Source: Minisyncoccota bacterium (GTDB taxonomy: Bacteria > Patescibacteriota > Minisyncoccia > Phycocordibacterales > UBA9973). From it: a stretch of 64,000 nt of DNA. A program made the translations under genes and the position numbers. Below are positions 60,675-64,000 of this stretch, piece by piece. Each line of letters opens with the position of its first letter. Within the stretch, counting starts at the first letter, position 1. Location of the stretch: contig JBAZSZ010000001.1 in NCBI GenBank assembly GCA_041662205.1, positions 81,973-145,972 of the forward strand. The letters are read 5' to 3'. Under the pieces are notes generated by a model. The model made no database searches. It saw only the letters and a list, made by a program, of their open reading frames with translations, and was not told the DNA's origin.

Positions 60675-61364
60675 ATGGAGAGTATATCAATAAAAGATGA
60701 TCAAGAACCAGAAAAAACTTTAATGGAAGTTAAGGCAGAGATGGAGGTGATAGGCAAGGAAACCAAAGCAGAGATAGAAAAACTAAGGGCCGAAAACGAA
60801 GAGCTAAAAAATATTATTGAAAATTTAGATCATAGACTCAATATTGATTCCCTGACTGGTCTTTTAAAAGATGTAGAGCCAAGATTGGGAAGATTAATAA
60901 AAAGACTAGAATTTTCCAAAGAATTAAAACCTGAACAATTTGCCTTACGTTCAGTTATGGTAGTTACTATGGATTTAAATCGTTTCAAAACTTTAAATGA
61001 TACTTATGGTCATGCTGCTGGAGATGAGGCGTTAACTCTTTTTGCTGAGCGTCTTCAAACAGTTTCAAAAGAGGGAAAGGATATTTTATTTCGACCTCAT
61101 GGTGATGAGTTTGTGATGGTACTTCCTATTGAAAATACAGAAGACGCTATTACTCAAGAACTTTATGAAACAATTTTTCAAAGACTTCATAAAAAAGTGA
61201 ATGATAATTTATTTGTTAAAGTTTCTAATGGAACTAAATTCTCGTTTTCTGCTTCAATGGGATATGTAGTGGTAGAAAGAGGTAATACTAAAAATGTAAA
61301 AGAACTGCTTCACGATGCTGATTTAGAAATGTATAAAGATAAAGAACTATTAAAGAGTAAATAA
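60675..61364 (+). CDS. GGDEF-domain protein with an N-terminal coiled coil. The signature reads HGDEF rather than GGDEF.
   Basis: RFKTLNDTYGHAAGDEAL and RPHGDEFVMVLP are present. Confidence 0.6.
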   Translation: MESISIKDDQEPEKTLMEVKAEMEVIGKETKAEIEKLRAENEELKNIIENLDHRLNIDSLTGLLKDVEPRLGRLIKRLEFSKELKPEQFALRSVMVVTMDLNRFKTLNDTYGHAAGDEALTLFAERLQTVSKEGKDILFRPHGDEFVMVLPIENTEDAITQELYETIFQRLHKKVNDNLFVKVSNGTKFSFSASMGYVVVERGNTKNVKELLHDADLEMYKDKELLKSK

Positions 61365-61416
61365 TATTCTAAGTTTTTTACTTTTATTTTTTTAAATTTT
61401 ATGCTAAATTATACCT

Positions 61417-61674
61417 ATGGATTCTGAATCCAAAAAGTTATTAGAAGACACTTTTGCTCTTGCGGAAGAGAATAATAAAATGCTTCATTCTGTAGTACGC
61501 TCTATGCGTATTTCTCGTATTATGAGCATTATGTATTGGTTACTCATTATTGGCTCTGCTTTGGGTGCTTATTATCTTATTCAGCCTTATGTCGATCAAT
61601 TGATGGGTATATACGGTGGAGCAAAAAGTGGTTTGGATAATTTTGGTTCTATATTAGATAATTTTTCAAATTAA
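61417..61674 (+). CDS. Small membrane protein (hypothetical)
   Basis: One TM helix is present. Confidence 0.3.
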   Translation: MDSESKKLLEDTFALAEENNKMLHSVVRSMRISRIMSIMYWLLIIGSALGAYYLIQPYVDQLMGIYGGAKSGLDNFGSILDNFSN

Positions 61675-61679
61675 ATATT

Positions 61680-61753
61680 GCCTGGGTAGCTCAGTAGTAG
61701 AGCGTTCCCCTGAAGAGGGACAGGTCGGGTGTGCGATCCACCCCCCAGGCACC
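61680..61753 (+). tRNA. tRNA-Phe (anticodon GAA)
   Basis: The sequence is GCCTGGGTAGCTCAGTAGTAGAGCGTTCCCCTGAAGAGGGACAGGTCGGGTGTGCGATCCACCCCCCAGGCACC. The anticodon loop is CUGAAGA. Base 27-43 is mismatched and the T-loop reads TGCGATC. Confidence 0.75.
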
Positions 61754-61755
61754 TA

Positions 61756-61800
61756 GAAAAACAAAACCTGCTTTTTTAAGCGGGTTTTGTTTTTCTAGAT
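61756..61800. terminator. Bidirectional terminator between tRNA-Phe (+) and hsp20 (-)
   Basis: The sequence is aaaaacaaaacctgc-ttttttaa-gcgggttttgttttt. Confidence 0.6.
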
Positions 61801-62280
61801 TGATTTTACTTTGACAGTATTTTTCTTTTCTTTGTCTACCTTTTTGATTTTGACAGTAACGAGGCCGTGTTTTTCTGTTGCCTCAACTTCTTCTGGTTCT
61901 ACTTCTACGGGGAGGGAGATTGTGCGTGAAAATTTACCCCAATAGAGTTCTCTAGTAAAGTAATTTTCTTCATCTATATTTCTATTTTCTTCACGTTTGC
62001 CTGATATAGTGATAATATCTCGAGCAACTGATAATTCTAAATCTTCTGGCCTGACTCCAGCTATCATTGTTTGTATGACAATATCAGTTGGTGTTTGATA
62101 AACATCGACTGATAATTCTGCTTCCTCATTTTCTTCTTCAATCCAATTACTATTTTTTTTGTCTCCGTTATTTTCTTTTAAATTTTTACCCAAATAATTT
62201 TTCTTAAACGTTATTTCTTCTTCATCATTATTGACACTTCCGGTTAGTCTTTCAAAAAAACTTCTTTTTCTATTTTCCAT
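61795..62280 (-). CDS. Hsp20/alpha-crystallin small heat-shock protein
   Basis: The alpha-crystallin domain pattern runs from VDVYQTPTDIVIQ to GKFSRTISLP. Confidence 0.8.
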   Translation of the reverse strand: MENRKRSFFERLTGSVNNDEEEITFKKNYLGKNLKENNGDKKNSNWIEEENEEAELSVDVYQTPTDIVIQTMIAGVRPEDLELSVARDIITISGKREENRNIDEENYFTRELYWGKFSRTISLPVEVEPEEVEATEKHGLVTVKIKKVDKEKKNTVKVKSI

Positions 62281-62299
62281 AATTGATTATGTTTAATTA

Positions 62300-63004
62300 T
62301 TAATAATTTTTACTCATTCTTCTTACTTTTTCAAAAAGTAACATAATTATAATTGTAACGACCCATAAAAATCCCAATACTTTCAAGAAATCATTTCCAT
62401 CATTTCTTATTATAAAAAAATTAAAGGCGCTATGCAAGGTAATAGCAACCAAAAAACCAACAAAAAGAAAACTATTTCTCTCCCATCTCTTCATGAAAAA
62501 AGAGATTCCAATTGAGATACCTATTACTCCACTAGAGATAGTATGAAGGAGATTAGCTCCAAGAAATCTTAGATTGCCTGTATTTAAACCTACAAAAGTT
62601 CCTATTGATGAGGGAAGAACTTTAAGAAGAAATAACATATTTTCAAGAGCAGCAAAACCTAAAGCTGCGGTAACCATATAAATAGGCCAATCTATTGGTT
62701 CATCAGTATTATCTGTTTTACACAAGATTATTAATACCGCAAGATACTTTAATATTTCTTCTACACTAGCCCACAATATAAGCTTTCCCTCATATGAGCT
62801 TATATTGTCCTGAATAAATTTTTGAACTGGAAGTACGAAGACGACCGCTATCATGCCCATAATAAATACTATTGTGATTAATCCTTTTGGTTCAGGGTGT
62901 TCTTCGTCTTCTTTCAACCAAAACCAAAGCCAGAAAAGAGAAGGAATAATGCCTCCTAAAAATGCCACAATTAAAGTTTTTGGATCACTCGTTAAGATGG
63001 CCAT
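62300..63004 (-). CDS. PrsW-like intramembrane protease family protein
   Basis: A multi-TM fold is present. EExxK (SVEEILKYLA) and FAALEN motifs are present. Confidence 0.5.
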   Translation of the reverse strand: MAILTSDPKTLIVAFLGGIIPSLFWLWFWLKEDEEHPEPKGLITIVFIMGMIAVVFVLPVQKFIQDNISSYEGKLILWASVEEILKYLAVLIILCKTDNTDEPIDWPIYMVTAALGFAALENMLFLLKVLPSSIGTFVGLNTGNLRFLGANLLHTISSGVIGISIGISFFMKRWERNSFLFVGFLVAITLHSAFNFFIIRNDGNDFLKVLGFLWVVTIIIMLLFEKVRRMSKNY

Positions 63005-64000
63005 TTTTCAACCATTAATAGTCCCGACTTCTGTCGGGAATTTATAATTTGCCATATTTCTTCTGAGACAAAAGGCATAAAAGGGTGGAGTATTTTTAGA
63101 CAATCAATCCAAATCAAAACTAACGCTATTTTCCTTTCTTCTGCCTTTTCTCCTTTTGTTTTAATTATTTCTTTTGATTCTTCTATTATTTCATCTGCGA
63201 ATCTATGCCAAATGTATTGATAAATTTTCTCTGAAGCTAAATGAAAACGATAATTTTCCATATCACTTGTTATATCTTCAACAGTCTCGTCAAATTCTTT
63301 TGTTAGTTTATTTTTCACATTTTTCCCAAAACTATTTTCATCTGTATTGTCTAAAATAAAACGAGTGATATTCCAAATTTTATTTGCAAAATTTTTATAG
63401 CCCTTTATTTTATCTTCAGAAATTTTACTATCGGTGCCGGGAGCTGTGCCGACAATAAGCGCCATACGTCCAGCATCAGCACCGAATTTGTCTGCAATAT
63501 CTATCGGATCCAGTCCATTATTTAAAGATTTAGACATTTTTCTTCCTTTGGCATCACGAACAGTTCCATGCAGGAAGATATTTTTAAATGGTATTTCTCC
63601 TAAAGCGTATTCTGACATCAATATCATCCTTGCTACCCAAAATGGGAGTATGTCATATCCTGTTTCTAGGACATCAGTAGGATGATAGGTTTCCATATCT
63701 TTTGTTTTTTCAGGCCAACCTAATGCAGAAAAAGTCCAAAGACCAGAAGAAAACCAAGTATCTAAAGTGTCTTCATCTTGAACCCATCCTTCATCTTTTG
63801 GAGCTTCAATATCACAATAAATTTCCTTGCCTTTATACCAAACTGGGACCCTGTGACCATACCAAATTTGTCTTGAAATACACCAATCATGTAGATTTTC
63901 TATCCAATGGAAATATGTTTTTGAAAAATAATCTGGAATGATTTTTATCTCACCTTTCTCAAATGGTTCACGCATTAAGTCTTTGAGAGTTTTATCGCCA
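62992..64000 (-). CDS. valS: Valyl-tRNA synthetase, C-terminal part. The N-terminus lies beyond the window end.
   Basis: KMSKSLNNGLDPIDI, WCISRQIWYGHRVPVWY and LDTWFSSGLW are present. Confidence 0.8.
   Translation of the reverse strand, partial: GDKTLKDLMREPFEKGEIKIIPDYFSKTYFHWIENLHDWCISRQIWYGHRVPVWYKGKEIYCDIEAPKDEGWVQDEDTLDTWFSSGLWTFSALGWPEKTKDMETYHPTDVLETGYDILPFWVARMILMSEYALGEIPFKNIFLHGTVRDAKGRKMSKSLNNGLDPIDIADKFGADAGRMALIVGTAPGTDSKISEDKIKGYKNFANKIWNITRFILDNTDENSFGKNVKNKLTKEFDETVEDITSDMENYRFHLASEKIYQYIWHRFADEIIEESKEIIKTKGEKAEERKIALVLIWIDCLKILHPFMPFVSEEIWQIINSRQKSGLLMVEKWPS

Noticed and set aside
1-64000. CRISPR array, integrase or transposase
   Set aside because: The only regular repeats are coding tandem repeats of 443 bp and 258 bp. 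There are no short repeat-spacer arrays. No recombinase-like ORF was recognised.
1-64000. Alternative genetic code (UGA recoding, as in some CPR lineages)
   Set aside because: All conserved housekeeping genes (dnaE, lepA, ppsA, hisS, eno, gap) give full-length uninterrupted ORFs under the standard code with ordinary stop codons. Nothing suggests stop-codon reassignment.

Overview
This 64-kb window is low in GC and densely packed with genes. Its content looks like a small-genome, CPR/Patescibacteria-like bacterium: transketolase is split into two genes, def and fmt sit together, and many proteins carry basic tails. The lineage is an inference from gene content only, and the standard genetic code fits every long ORF.

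The window contains five regions and several interspersed elements:

- 1-3420: a 5'-truncated tail-fibre-like protein with a 443-bp tandem repeat and a peptidase-S74-type chaperone domain, followed by a glycine-rich secreted protein.
- 3460-9496: a complete alternative spermidine pathway in two divergent operons. The genes are a PLP decarboxylase with a SEC-C tail, aspartate-semialdehyde dehydrogenase, an ACT-less aspartokinase, carboxyspermidine dehydrogenase and carboxyspermidine decarboxylase.
- 9500-10300: an ORF-free stretch carrying a minimal RNase P RNA and tRNA-Ala, both on the minus strand, plus several hairpins.
- 10363-20175: an OmpR-type response regulator, then three large secreted proteins in a row: a 1131-aa multicopper oxidase, a CHRD/Big2 protein and a Big2-repeat protein with a peptidoglycan-binding end. 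The first two end in the same roughly 48-aa Cys-bracketed EF-hand/dockerin-like module. All three genes share an upstream GTCGA..TATTA motif.
- 20289-20602: a tRNA-Asn(GUU) interrupted in its anticodon loop by a 242-nt group I intron. About 0.8 kb downstream lies a 20-nt copy of the tRNA 3' end.
- 23212-25782: a visibly more GC-rich pair, a Nudix-receiver fusion protein and a soluble PAS histidine kinase.
- 26290-27432: a bacteriohemerythrin and a VIT-family iron transporter.
- 29548-34350: a glycan-phosphorylase cluster made of a nucleotidyltransferase, a HAD phosphatase, a cupin and three GH130 domains in two genes.
- 34421-59931: housekeeping genes (hpf, fmt, def, hisS, lepB, pth, dnaE, gap, rpiB, rpe, split tkt, lepA), a glycerate-dehydrogenase / glycerate-kinase / enolase / PEP-synthase string, and an LTD-domain secreted protein.
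- 59935-64000: tRNA-Gly, tRNA-Arg and tRNA-Phe, a glutaredoxin, a GGDEF protein, an Hsp20, a PrsW-like protease and a truncated valS.
- Two 46-bp GC-rich perfect palindromes share a GGGGAATTCCCC centre and differ by compensating substitutions in both arms. They lie at 38670-38715 and 53310-53355.

No CRISPR array or integrase is present.
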